Positions 10,546-23,100 of a stretch of DNA of 64,000 nucleotides are shown piece after piece (the first letter of the stretch is position 1; every line of letters starts with the position of its first letter). The notes beneath the pieces are model-generated. The model was given only the letters and a program-made list of their open reading frames with translations, was not told the origin of the DNA and did no database searches. A program made the position numbers and the translations under genes. Source of the DNA: Balanoglossus misakiensis (taxonomy: Eukaryota > Animalia > Hemichordata); contig CM082586.2 in the NCBI GenBank assembly GCA_040954595.2, forward strand, positions 10,013,337-10,077,336, read 5' to 3'.

Positions 10546-10759
10546 ATCAGCTAGATGAAGTATCAGCTGGACTTCTTGAGATTGTGTGTGTATCTGTGAT
10601 AGATGAGCAGAGTTATGAATCTTCAGAAGTACAAGAGAACACAGGGGTTAAAGTAAACGATGACTTACTGCGGGTTCCTGCATTCAAGCAGAAAGAATTT
10701 GCTGCAGATGTGAATGTATGTGACAACTTGTCAGACATACAGAAGCAAGTGGTGAGGAG

Positions 10760-11475
10760 GTTGCTGATCAATTACAAAGATATGTTAACTGATATTCGTG
10801 GTAACACCAACCTGGGTTTCCATGACATCAAGTTGATGGATCCAACACCAGTATGCAGTAGGCCATACCCCATCCCTCATGCACTCCGTGAAGCAGTGAA
10901 AGATGAAGTCAAAACGATGATTAAGATGGGAGTAGCTGAACCTTCAGAGAGTCCATATGCTGTTCCACTGGTAATGGTGAAGAAATCTGATGGGTCCAAT
11001 CGTTGTTGTGTTGACATGAGAAAGCTCAATCGCATAACAGTGTTTGATGCAGAGCCTACACCAGACCTGAGTGAGCTTTTTGCTTTTTGCTAAGTTATCC
11101 AAGGATCACTATTTCACTAAAGTAGATCTCAGCAAAGAATATTGGCAAGTCCCGTTGACTGATAATTCTAAACAATTGACGGCATTTATCACGCATGATG
11201 GGCTATACCAATTTATCAAAATGCCTTTCGGACTTGTAAATAGTGCTGCGACTTTTAGCAGAATTATGAGAAGATTGTTAAGAGATATGAAGAACGTAGA
11301 CAACTATATCGATCACATACTGATCCACACTGCATCATGGGAAGAACATATCAAGACAATTACAGATTTGATGAGCAGACTACGAAAGGCAAAGTTAACA
11401 GCGAGACCAACTAAGTGTTATGTGGGTTATGAGCAGATCGATTTCCTGGGTCATGTGGTTGGTCATGGTGAACTA
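10760..11475 (+). pseudogene. Reverse transcriptase domain (frameshifted, catalytic YIDD changed to YIDH, truncated)
   Basis: SPYAVPLVMVKKSDGSNRCCVDMRKLN, frameshift ~11080, DLSKEYWQV, MPFGLVNSAATF, YIDHIL, KC...FLGH. Confidence 0.93.
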
Positions 11476-11623
11476 GTCCTGTTTCAAAATGACCTACATT
11501 ACAGGTCCTATGCACACGTATTACATGTTCTGATTGGTTTATCCACTTCTCTAAGGTCCACTTGCGGCTCGCTGATTGGAGGGACCTTATGTGTTAGGTC
11601 ATATTACTATGTATTATTCACCA

Positions 11624-11829
11624 GACCTTGTAGGTTAGGTCTTATTACAATGCATTATTCACTTTACAGCTCCCTGATTGGTTAATGTGTAGGTCTGGTC
11701 CTCCAGTGTTCACTGCCTCATTATGCAGGACCTTGTAGGTTAGGTCTTATTAATATGTATTTATTCACCATACAGCTCCCTGATTGGTTAACGTGTCAGT
11801 CTGGTCCCCCCAGTGTTCACTGCCTCATT
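11624..11829 (+). repeat. Two ~105-bp tandem units (plus a degenerate upstream partial) in the sequence that replaces the retroelement 3' half
   Basis: GACCTTGTAGGTTAGGTCTTATTA...CAGCTCCCTGATTGGTTAA...CCAGTGTTCACTGCCTCATT starting at 11624 and at 11729. Confidence 0.8.
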
Positions 11830-12821
11830 GTGAAATGTCCCATGTGCTTCCTGGCTAGCGTTGTGGTAACATATTATTCGGGGTGTCCGCAGATCGTTCA
11901 TTGATTTTCTGAGAAATAGCCTAACTGATACTATCTCCAACATAAACCGCACCCTGGAAAGATTAAATGATCTTTTAGGTGGACTTTGAAAATCTGATTA
12001 ACTCATCTAAGCATTTTAGCTAAGTTGTATATTTTTTAATTATAATCATACAAAATACTTAAAAAATAAAAACAATGTTCAGTTTTAATACCCACTGATG
12101 AGGGGAAACATCAGTTTCAAATTCTTTTCATGGGAGCGCTTGAGCAGAGTTATGAGTTTTGCTCTGTGAAAGAAAATGGGGGGATTTCAAAATTTTGGCA
12201 GTTCGGAAGGGGGATTTCAAAATATTTCGGGTTGTGAAAGGGGGGGGGGGCATGTGAAAATTAGCGGTAAAAGATGAATTCCCCCCCCCCCCCTCCAGAG
12301 GTGTTTGTGAATGCAGCCTAAGAAAGAAAAAATGTGAAATGGGTCAAATATGGGCCGGACGTGCCCATTCAACTCAATTTACTTTTGTTTGCTTTAAGTA
12401 GGAATTGATCACAGCTATATTTATTTTGGACACCTGAGCGACAAGAAAACAATCTGATTCTACATTTTAAAAAGCGTCATTGGAAAAGCACTGCAATTTT
12501 GTTTCTTGCTTTAAAAAAGTTTGGGGTGGCATGTAATAATTAAGGTGTGTCTAAATTACTAATTTGGTGCACCTCAAAGCCCTTAGCCAATGTAAATTAT
12601 ATCCTGCATTGTATTCATGAAGGATATCCTCCCGCGAGGTCAATGCCATTCAATGTCAAACAGTCTCAACAAAGACCATTGGACACTCATAGCCGTTTTG
12701 TATGAAAGTGACTGGAGTACGAGATGAGTTTCATGACAACAACAAATCATGCTCAGTCTCGCTGCAGGGTCTATAATTTCAATAACGGCTAGACGCTGGA
12801 CACTATCTTAGGTAACACTTT

Positions 12822-12877
12822 AGGGTCATAGTGCTGGAACGACATGTTTAAACAGGTCGTTCCGGCACTCTGACCCT
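12822..12877. repeat. 56-bp near-perfect palindrome (mini foldback element)
   Basis: AGGGTCATAGTGCTGGAACGACATGTTT|AAACAGGTCGTTCCGGCACTCTGACCCT: 28-bp arms, 3 mismatches, no loop. Confidence 0.85.
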
Positions 12878-13371
12878 TTCGGCCCCAGTCGTTTCAGCCC
12901 CCATTTTCCACGACCCAAGTCGTTACAGCCCGGACAGTAACACCCCAAACATTTCAACACTTATCAGGGAAGACCTTAGCCCAACTATTAAAACTTGGCT
13001 TGAACCTACTTAAGTTCTCCGCATGAAATATGAGCGAGCGTTGTCAGAGGACGACAGCTACGCACACTTTGGGCATGACCGAATCAAACAGAATTGAATA
13101 TTCTATATTCGGAAAAAACACCTTATCTCCGTTTTGCCGTTGACAAACCGATTTCTGTCATGACAGTTACTCCCGGGGACTGTGACAGACCATATACAGA
13201 CAGTAGAGGCCGCGCGCTGGGGGTCTACACAAGTCACTACAGCTGATGTAAGCAAGTACAACATGCTTTGCTTGCAGGAATGTTCCATTTTCAATAGAGG
13301 GGTGTGTATATTCAGAGGGAATGTCAGTCGGGGCCCTGGCTGGCAACATGCGGCGTATATATTGACAATCT

Positions 13372-14299
13372 TAGCCGGGAGACCAGGGCGTCGATCTAAA
13401 ATACAACGCTCGGGGACAGTCGAGCAAGTCCTGCTGAGCTGAAAGATAGTAGTCTTGGCAACGATCGAGGTCGCTTAGTAACAAATGGATAACGAGTGAT
13501 CTATCAAATGTTGACGGGCGCCAGTGGTTGGATGATATAATTAAAGGCACGTAAGCTGTAACTGGATAAAAAATTAAAGTTTTAAATAATCTCATATATG
13601 CTTTTAATTATGTCTATTAAATGCTATTTCATGATAATATATCAAGCTCAACACTTATTTATGACAAAATGGCCAAAAATTAAAGAAAAACGAAAATTCC
13701 TGCAATTTTAAAAAAAGCGCAATATTGCAATGAAAAATGAAAATCTGATGTCTCAGTGGTGTACATTTACTTCCATGAGCTCAAGTGGATGAGATCATGT
13801 TTTGTTTATGAAGTTTCACAACCGGAAATGCAACATTTTCATTGTTTCTTGCATTTTCCCACGGTGGCGGCCATAATCGCTTGCGGCAAAGCTTTATTAT
13901 TTATCTGGTTAAAACTTGCATATGCACTCATACTTAGGGTTTATAATGCTTGTGTATTGTTCACTACCTCCATCTGCATGGACTAATGGTAGTGCAGTTT
14001 GAAACAAAAATTATGAAAATTATCCCAAAAGTTACACCTTACGTGCCTTTAACAAAGCTTGGTTATGAATATTCATACACTTTCAAAACCACTCCCACAT
14101 CCCATCGCGGGAATTTCACACATGACTCCACCTCTATTTCCTTATTTAGAAGGCGACGATGTCATGTGGTTAACATTGAGTGACCAATTAGCTTACACGC
14201 AAGATTTACCACACGTGTCGTTCTACGAACAGAATTCTGTTCGTAAATAGAGACTGTCCCCGGGCGTTTCTTTTCCCCGACGCCCTGGTCTCCAGGCTA
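13372..14299. mobile_element. Non-autonomous DNA transposon with TAG..CTA ends and a 9-bp TSD (AcademH-like; MULE not excluded)
   Basis: ~50-bp interrupted TIRs TAGCC(G/T)GGAGACCAGGGCGTCG...ACGC(T/C)CGGGGACAGTC; perfect TSD TGACAATCT at 13363-13371 and 14300-14308. Confidence 0.85.
13545..14048. mobile_element. Kolobok-type MITE nested in the previous element
   Basis: TTAA TSD on both sides; 19-bp TIR AGGCACGTAAG(C/G)TGTAACT with 1 mismatch; purine-purine terminus, unlike piggyBac CCC. Confidence 0.85.
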
Positions 14300-14610
14300 T
14301 GACAATCTCGCTGATAGGCGCAGCTGGAATTTATGTTTCTGTGGTATGATTATTGTATTTTATCAATGCACAATCACGATGGGCGAGTTTCAAGCAAGCA
14401 ATTGGATTCGCTTCAATCCCTCACTAAAATCTAGACTGCACCACTGTATAATAACACAATACAGTCTTCTAGCCTCATGGTATAAACAGGAACTCTTGTC
14501 TGCTGGACATCCGTGTACTTTGGTCTACTGAGTGAACGCGTTACGTATAGAGGTAGCGCAAAGTGAAAACCTATTTAAGGCAGCCACAACAATCAGTGTT
14601 GACGTACATA

Positions 14611-14715
14611 CAATCTGACTAAAATCGCAGTTGGTATGACGACAGCATACTAATAATACTGTACCACATAAGTAAAAGACGTCGTCGTACTATACATCTG
14701 ATTTTATTCAGATTA
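14611..14715. repeat. Degenerate palindromic mini-element (AATCTGA...TCAGATT family)
   Basis: Ends AATCTGACTAAAATC / GATTTTATTCAGATT; shares CGACAGCATA and TACATCTGATTTTA with the copy at 14976. Confidence 0.65.
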
Positions 14716-14732
14716 CTGCATATTTGCATATA

Positions 14733-14939
14733 CTGTGAAACAAGTTATTTTCGCGAGCAATACATTTTCGCGAGATACGTGAGAGCCAAAATGGTATGAA
14801 AATAAGAGGTCGCATAATTATTTTTGAAGATAACGATGCAGTGAATGAAATAAGAGAACGCGAAAATTAATACTCGCGAAACAGTAGCCTCTCTCGATAT
14901 CGTGAAAATTTCAACTCGCTAAAATAAAGTGTTTTACAG
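14733..14939. mobile_element. TA-target MITE (Tc1/mariner, pogo/Tc2-like ends) with subterminal TTTTCGCGA repeats
   Basis: TA|CTGTGAAACA...TGTTTTACAG|TA; two TTTTCGCGAG motifs on the left and inverted CGCGAAAA-type motifs on the right. Confidence 0.75.
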
Positions 14940-14975
14940 TAGTTTATGTATGTAAAGTGTTCCTGATGTTAACAC

Positions 14976-15084
14976 AATCTGTTTGAAATCAGATGTAGGC
15001 CTAGGGAATGGCGACGTAGTTTTTTGATGCTGCGACAGCATAAAAAACACGTCGCCGTTCCCTACATCTGATTTTAATCAGATT
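14976..15084. repeat. ~108-bp palindromic mini-element
   Basis: AATCTG..AAATCAGATGTAGG...GGGAATGGCGACGT.GTTTTTT.ATGCTG / CAGCATAAAAAACACGTCGCCGTTCCCTACATCTGATTTTAATCAGATT form a long hairpin. Confidence 0.75.
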
Positions 15085-15700
15085 AGCGTTAACATAACTT
15101 TATCAGAATAAGTTAACGCCATAACTTTGACAGAATAAGAGTTGCCTCAAACGGCTCTAACCGAATTTCCATTAATAGCAGAACAAACAAGCTGTAATCA
15201 ATACGCCAACCTTTAAAATATTACTTTAGAAAGTTTGTATTCATACTTTCTTCAAGTTGTCATAACGCTAACCCGAAATGTGTTTTAGTATTGCCTTTGT
15301 ATTAATGGGCTAGATTCATGGCGTTATATGTCATAAATTAAAAAGACAACCCTTATTGTTTTTGATAATATTTATGTCGGAGAATCCACAATGAAAAATA
15401 TGTATTTTCAATTTCATAACTCAAAATAATTTTCAAATCCATGACCTTATTTTCAACTCCAGTGATCGTACATCCTGAACCTTGTTCCAGTAAATGATTG
15501 GTCATTACAGGGTTAATGGGCACTCTCCCGTTCTCTTCCTCCGCAGTTTCATTCATGTTCTTGTTTGACGGAAATGGGTGTGACCAGACGCTTGAATGTT
15601 TTCATGTGGGTTGAGTTGTTCATCGGGAACGGCCTCCTGGTGTGTCTGTACAGGTACGCAAGGAGAAACTGCCCACAAGAAGCTGCGAGTGAAACTATTT

Positions 15701-15760
15701 AAGGTAGTATGTGCCTCGCGGTCCGAGATTCTGACAAATGATAGTCCTCAAAACTTTTTC
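15701..15760 (+). mobile_element. Possible single Kolobok-like terminus
   Basis: TTAA followed by GGTAGTATGTGCCTCG; no matching opposite end found. Confidence 0.3.
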
Positions 15761-16795
15761 AAGTCATTGATTTACTAAAGTGTGTGGTGAGTCTCTTTGA
15801 AAACAACAACAATATTACTCATCATATTGTAATTTTTTGAAACTATAAAATGAAGTTGACAATGCACCAAACAGATTCTATTTATTTCTTCATGACCATG
15901 TTCACCCCAAGGTCATATGGACCTGCAAGTATATGCCAGAGCCAGAGTCGACATTACCGAAGCCAGAGTTTAAAGCTTACAGGTCACCCCTTGCCAGCTC
16001 ATGACTAGCTAAACTGCCATGGATGCCAAGAGATATATGACTACGGTAACCTGTAGATGGTTTCAGTATGTTTGAAGAAAGTGGTGGCGCACTTTTGGCT
16101 ACATTTGAAATGGCTATGGTACCAGTGGTTGAATTTGCAAAGGTGACCTTTGACCTGGCATCTTTAAAGATATTAAAGAACGATTTACCATTCCTTGTTG
16201 TCGTAAAATGACATCTGTAATAACTTATATTTTATCTGTTCATCTTGAAGTACTATATATTTAAACGCCAATTTTCCATTGCCAATCAAGTTTTTACAAA
16301 TAAATTGTAATATGCATGTTGATTTTACAAAAACTCCTTACTTCCAAGTGAATTCTGTTACACATCACGTAACTATTTTCCCCACGAATTCTTCAGTTGC
16401 TAACTCGGAAATTTCATATATTGGGCAGAAATTGGATACATTACCCAGCCATTAAAATTACAGTTTTCTATTTTAATTGATCGTCCATAACTTCAAGTAC
16501 TTTGACTTGACATACATTAAAAACATCATGGTGAATAAATAAAAATTATTTGATTATCTAATTGTGCATGTTTACATGGTTTTATTTTAGTATGCTGGGT
16601 ACTTAATGTCTAATGGCTCGCTGATTTTATACTGTTCAAGATGACAATCTAATTTTAGTTTTCAGCTGATAATTGAAATCAATGATTCAAAAAAATTGAA
16701 TTTTGACATGAATAAACTTCTTGTTCATGGCAGTTGCTGTGTTTTGTTTCATTTGTATTCAATTTTTGCAAGCATACCATTGAGCACAGTTTGAT

Positions 16796-17165
16796 TTGAT
16801 TAAACACGTTTATCGGAAAATTTTGTCATTTGAAATATCTGTTTTTGCGCCCTCTACCATTTGACCAAATGATTCTCTTATTTTGGTGGCCTTTGTCTGT
16901 GTATATGAGAATACTATAGTACTCTCGCATCGATCATAGTAGAAGTTGATAACGTCTCTTGCCACGTGGCCTGGAAGAAAGGCGATCTTTAGAGTAAAAA
17001 AAACAAACTATCCAGATAGGAAGCTAGAAAAGAAGTTGAATCGTTGAAATTTTATTTATTTTATATTGTTAATATCGTTGGTGATGTTGACTGGCCGACA
17101 ATCTTTGTCACACGAGTCTTTGCAGGCAGATTAAAACATTGCCTATTCCAGCAATAATCACAACA
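16796..17165 (+). repeat. Direct-repeat copy 2 of the window start
   Basis: TTGATTAAACACGTTTATCGG...GCAATAATCACAACAG matches 1-373. Confidence 0.92.
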
Positions 17166-18149
17166 GGAGTGTGTCACACAGGAGACAGTTGGGATTATAG
17201 TCATAATCTACCTTAGTTTGTTGTCAACAACCAGATGTGGTCGCATTCCGTGCATCCGTGCATATTTTGGAACAACGACTCTATCGAACAGACGTATTTC
17301 AAACACCTTGGAGAAAAACATCGATGACCAGTGGAATTGACTGTCGCTTGAAATCCGATAGGAATACACCTGTTTACGGTGGACGATACCGACACTCCTC
17401 TGCTAACTTAATCTGCTCTGCTAACTATACCTGCTTTGATTAAGTTGCGTCTAAAACTTTCCTTACAATACAATGTGGGTCTCGACTGTCGGTCCCAACT
17501 ATAGCGACGACAGCCTCGGTATGTTTCGCCGATAGCAATCCGGAGATGAAATTTGCATACAGCAATATCTTTCAAGATAAATAATTTATGTCCTAAAGGT
17601 ATTACTTTTAGTGGTCTGACGGAGACGTTTTCTGCTGTAACATGCAAAACCTGCGGCGGACCTGAGGTCATGTTGCGAACACTGTAGTTTTGTTACGCCC
17701 GCCATCCTTCGGACGTTTACCTCATCGGGGCTTCTTTGGGGAATCAGCCACGTCCGAAGGGTGAGAGTGTAAATTCTCTCCCTCTCCTTCTCCACCCAAC
17801 ATATTCATAGAGTCAGAGAGAGGTACCCGGCATATCGTAAACTTAACGAGAGGCATAACGAGACTTTCAACAAGTTTTCCGAGTAACACAAATAGTTGTG
17901 GTTTATTACTGGTCACACGTAAGAATTACACGACTCTATCCATGCTCGTTGACTCCCGTCACGGATCTCCGGTGATAATAATGTGATATCAAATTTCACC
18001 ACCTCTTATTAATACGTTAGTCAAGTATTATGTCATAAAAGGAACACGTCATCTTAATATTTCTTAAACATGAACTTAGCGCGTGATATCTCTATCTCGT
18101 TCTGACATGTATCAATTACACAATCTTGTTTACTCTGAGTCAAATACCT

Positions 18150-20179
18150 ATTTTTTTTTGGTGATTTTCACCGATGTTTTTTTTTTCAAAAATCGACGAA
18201 CCAATGATTTTTTTCAAAATCGACGAAATTTTGAGATTATGCAAAGTCGAAAATTTTTCATTTTTTGATGATTTTCACCCATGATTTTTTTCAAAAATCT
18301 ACGAAATTTTGAGATTTTGCAAACTCGAAAATTTGTCATTTTTTTATGATTTTCACCCATGATTTTTTTTTAAAAATCGACGAACCCATAATTTTTTTCA
18401 AAATCGACGAAATTTTGAGATTTTGCAGTCTAAAATGTTTCATTTTTTGATGATTTTCACCCATGTTTTTTTTTCAAAAATCGACGAACCCATGTTTTTT
18501 TTCAAAAGTCGACGAAATTTTGAGATTTTGCAGTCTTAAATTTGTCATTTTTTGATGGTTTTCACCCATGTTTTTTTAAAAAATCGACGAACCCGTGATT
18601 TTTTTTCAAAATCGACGAAATTTTGAGATTTTGCAAAATCAAAAATTTGTCATTTTTTGATGATTTTCACCCATGTTTTTTTTTTCAGAAATCGACGAAC
18701 GCATGTTTTTTTTCAAAAATCGACGAAATTTTGAGATTTTGCAGTCGAAAATTTGTCATTTTTTGATGGTTTTCACCCATGTTTTTTTAAAAAATCGACG
18801 AACCCGTGATTTTTTTCAAAATCGACGAAATTTTGAGATTTTGCAAAATCAAAAATTTGTCATTTTTTTGATGATTTTCACCCATGATTTTTTCAAAAAT
18901 CGACGAACCCATATTTTTTTTCAAAATCGACGAAATTTTGAGATTTTGCAAAGTCGAAAATTTGTCGTTTTTTTGAGGATTTTCACCCATGATTTTTTTT
19001 TCAAAAATCGACGAAATTTTGAGATTTTGCAGTCGAAAATTTGTAAATTTTTGATGATTTTCACCCATGTTTTTTTAAAAAATCAACGAACCCATGCTTT
19101 TTTTCAAAAGTCGACGAAATTTTAAGATTTTGCAGTCTTAAATTTGTCATTTTTTGATGGTTTTCACTCATGTTTTTTTAAAAAATCGACGAACCCGTGA
19201 TTTTTTTTCAAAATCGACGAAATTTTGAGATTTTGCAAAATCAAAAATTTGTCATTTTTTTGATGATTTTCACCCATGATTTTTTTTCGAAAATCGACGA
19301 AATTTTGAGATTTTGCAGTCGAAAATTTGTCATTTTTTGAAGATTTTCACCCATGATTTTTTTCAAAAATCGACGAACCCATAATTTTTTTCAAAATCGA
19401 CGAAATTTTGACATTTTGCAAAGTCGAAAATTTGTCATTTTTTGATGATTTTCACCCATGTTTTTTTTCAAAAATCGACGAACCCATGGTTTTTTTTCAA
19501 AAATCGACGATATTTTGAGATTTCGCAAAGTTGAAAATTTGACATTTGTTGATGATTTTCATGAGCTACAGCCAATGATTTTTTTTTCAAAAATCGACGA
19601 AATTTTGAGATTTTGCAGTCGAAAATTTGTCATTTTGTTGATTTTCACCCATGTTTTTTTTAAACAATCGACGAACCCATGATTTTTTTTCAAAATCGGC
19701 GAACTTTTGAGATTTGGAAAATCGAAAATTTGTCATTTTTTGATGATTTTCACCCATGATTTTTTTACAAAAATCGACGAACCCATGATTTTTTTCAAAA
19801 TCGACGAAATTTTGAGGTTTTGCAAAGTCGAAAATTTTTCATTTTTTGATGATTTTCACCCATGTTTTTTTTTAAAAATCAACGAACCCATGATTTTTTT
19901 TCCAAATCGACGAAATTTTGAGATTTTGCAAAGTCGAAAATTCACCCATGTTTTTTTAAAAAATCAACGAACCCATGATTTTTTTCAAAATCGATGAAAT
20001 TTTGAGATTTTGCAAAGTCGAAAATTCACTCATGTTTTTTTTCAAAAATCGACGAACCCATAATTTTTTTCAAAATCGACGAAATTTTGAGATTTTGCAA
20101 AATCAAAAATTTGTCATTTTTTGATGATTTTCACCATGATTTTTTTTCAAAAATCGACCAAATTTTGAGATTTTGCAGT
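18150..20179 (-). repeat. 78-bp satellite, edge block (reverse orientation, diverged, many long-variant monomers)
   Basis: Tandem GATGATTTTCACCCATG...AAAATCGACGAAATTTTGAGATTTTGCA units. Confidence 0.95.
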
Positions 20180-23100
20180 TAGTGCGGTATGGTATGTCAT
20201 GAAAAACAGCTCCCGTAGGATTGTTGTGCTAAAATTGATTTTTTTGCTGTTTTGGCTTCTATTGGGACCCAACTACCCGAAAATGATGGGGTGCAATTTT
20301 AAGGGCCCCTCCATCATATTTTTCTCGGGGGGGGGGGGTACTTCCGTTTTGTGGTATGATGTGTATTCCCGTAGGATTTTTGTGCTAAAATTGATTTTTT
20401 TGCTGTTTTGGCTTCTATGGGGACCCAACTACCCGAAAATGATGGGGTGCAATTTTTAGGGCCCCTCCATCATATTTTTTCGGGGGGGGGGGGTCGTCAC
20501 TCCTGTTTTGGCCTCCCCGAAGATATTTATTCACCTATCTACTCCATTTTCGTAGAATTTTCTGCTAAAGAATTTTTTTTTTGCTGTTTTGACACCTGGT
20601 CACAAAAGATCACATGCAAATTTTAGGGCCCCTCTATTACATTTGTGGGGGGGGGGGCACTTACATTCCGACAATCTTAACGGTATTTGTTCACCTATAC
20701 CGTGTATTCTCGTAGGAGTTTTTGCTAATAGTTATTTGTTTTGTTTGCTGTTTTGGTTTCAATGATGAATAAACATCCCCAAAATGATGGAAATCAATTT
20801 GTTGGACCCCTCCATCACATTTTCTTGCAGGGGGGGGGGGGGTCACTTTAGTTTTAGCAGCCCTGGAGATATTTGTTCATAGTGTGACATGTGTATTTGT
20901 AAAGGATTTCTTCCAATTTCTTTTTTTTTAACTTCTATGGGGACCTAACTGCTCAAAAATGAGGTCAAATTTTAGGGCCTCTCCACATATTGGGAATCTT
21001 AAATATTAGACGGTTTATGGGTAAACATATCAGTTACCTACATTTGTATCAGTTGTCATATATACTACAGCGCTATCTTATTTTTATAAATATACTTAGT
21101 TGAATTTTGACACTAACAAATCAACCACAAATATCTCTCTGGTTTGGACTTAGCATAATATACCTCCCCTCACCTTGGACCGCCACCCAACTCATCACCA
21201 CACTCATGTTTTCTATGGTTTACAAAAATATAGTATACTAGGCTATACCAAATAGTGAACACCTATTGCCTGGCCATGAGGGCCATAGCAGCCGTTTATT
21301 ACACCCGAGGGGCCGTGAGTTACCAGAATCATATGCATATGATTCTGGTAACTTTTTCGTTAAGAGTTGTTTATTCTTTCGTAGCACAATCAATGTCTGA
21401 GATATTTACCATTGTACTAAAATTCTCATCGATATAAGTCTGTGCATAAACTCTGAAGTACGTTTTAATCAACACTTGTTTTTTGGGGTATTAAAACGAT
21501 ATTCAGTTGAACTCATTTCAAAGTTAAATACTGTCGTAAATAAAGCCATATCAGTTGAAGTATTGTCTATTTTAAAGTAGTATTTTCAAAATTTTCATGC
21601 CAATAGCAAAATAGTGCTGTAAAAAGCCCTTGAACTATGTCTTACTTCTAAAACTTGTTTTGGTAAACATTAACAATATCAAATTTGGCTCATTTTGTAG
21701 CTCAATACTACTGAAAATAAAACAAGTCTGTGAACTACATCTCAGTTTTATTACTAAATACATATTGGCTATTTTCTTAGCACCGTAAGCAGCGTTTTAC
21801 GTTCCAGTTCGATAGCTATTAGGACATTTTGCAATAAACTACAGAATTAATATGTAGATAAAAATAAGATTTGCGTGATCTGTGAAAAGGGTGCCACCCC
21901 TTCATCACAATGAGAGATAAATCATACGCAACAAATTGTCCTGAACTTCCCCCAATCAAAAAGAATGGGTGGAAATCGGAGAATGGCGTGTTTTATCCAG
22001 TAAAATGTCTTGCTCTCCCTGCACCAAAGGCAGTACTAGAGCTTATCAAATGTGGCTGCAAAGCAGGTTGTAGGGGACGTTGCAGTTGCTCAAAGAATGA
22101 TTTACTATGTACTCCCCTCTGCAAATGCTATGGTGGAGACTGAAAACCAGGGGGAAATGTTCTTGAAGATAACGACACTGGCGATGAGTAGATCAAACAG
22201 AACTGGGTTTCGTGAAAATGATGATTGAGAATACCAAGATATCAGAAAAGAATCGTTATGCTTCTTGGGTTGTTTATTGCACCGTCCGTGGTAGGGAGGG
22301 TGCCTCAAGGGTCCATTTTATGAGATGGGACTGTAGCTCGGAAAATAAACTAAAATACACATTATGTACTTTATTATATATAAAGGAGTTTTAATTTACC
22401 TTAGTATACTAAATTTAGAATAAACGAAAAAATCTAAGATAAAAAAAAACTACTGTTACAACGGGTTGGCGAAAACAAATATAGAGAACCCCCCCCCCCC
22501 CCCCCCACCAAAAAATGTGGTAAAGGGGTCCAACATTTTGCACACCATCACTTTTCGGCAGTCAGTCTGCATTCAAGCCAAAGGAGCAAACCAAATTGCA
22601 AGAAATACCACGACAATACTAACCGTATAGTAAATAGGTGAATAAGTATCTTCAGGGTGGCCAAAACAGAAATGATTACCCTCCCCCCCCCAAGACATGA
22701 TGGAAGGTTCCAAAAATTTGAACCCCATCATTTTAGTTCTGGTGGAGCCCCATTGAAACCAAAACATCAAAGAAAAATAATATTTTTAGCAAAATATTCT
22801 ATGAGAAGGGAGTAAATAGGCCAACAAACAACTTCGGAGTGGCCAAAATGGAAGTGCCCCCCCCCCAAATAAAAAATGATGGAGGGGCCCTATAATTTGC
22901 ACCCGATTATTTTTGGCCAGGTTGGTCTCCTCCAAAGCAAACACAACAAAAACAAATTAATTGTAGCCCAAATTCCCATGATGATAGAGTAAATAGGTGA
23001 ACAAATATCCTCGAGTGACAAAAACAGAAGAGACCCCCCGAAAAAAAATTGATGGAGGGGCCCTAAAAATTGCACCCCATGATTTTTGGGTAGTTGGGTC

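Larger units (their letters stand above)
588..11475 (+). mobile_element. Gmr1-like Ty3/Gypsy LTR retrotransposon, decayed and 3'-truncated (no RNase H, no 3' LTR), interrupted by a DNA transposon
   Basis: 5' LTR with TGTCA...TGACA ends, PBS-Pro, gag with CCHC knuckle, protease LRDSG, then integrase upstream of RT (the Gmr1 order). RT similarity stops after FLGHVVGHGEL (~11475). Contains frameshifts. Confidence 0.92.

Noticed and set aside
12170-12322. G/C-run region ending GTGAATGCAGCCTAA as a complete Harbinger MITE
   Set aside because: Only one plausible terminus; no partner TIR or TSD pair found.
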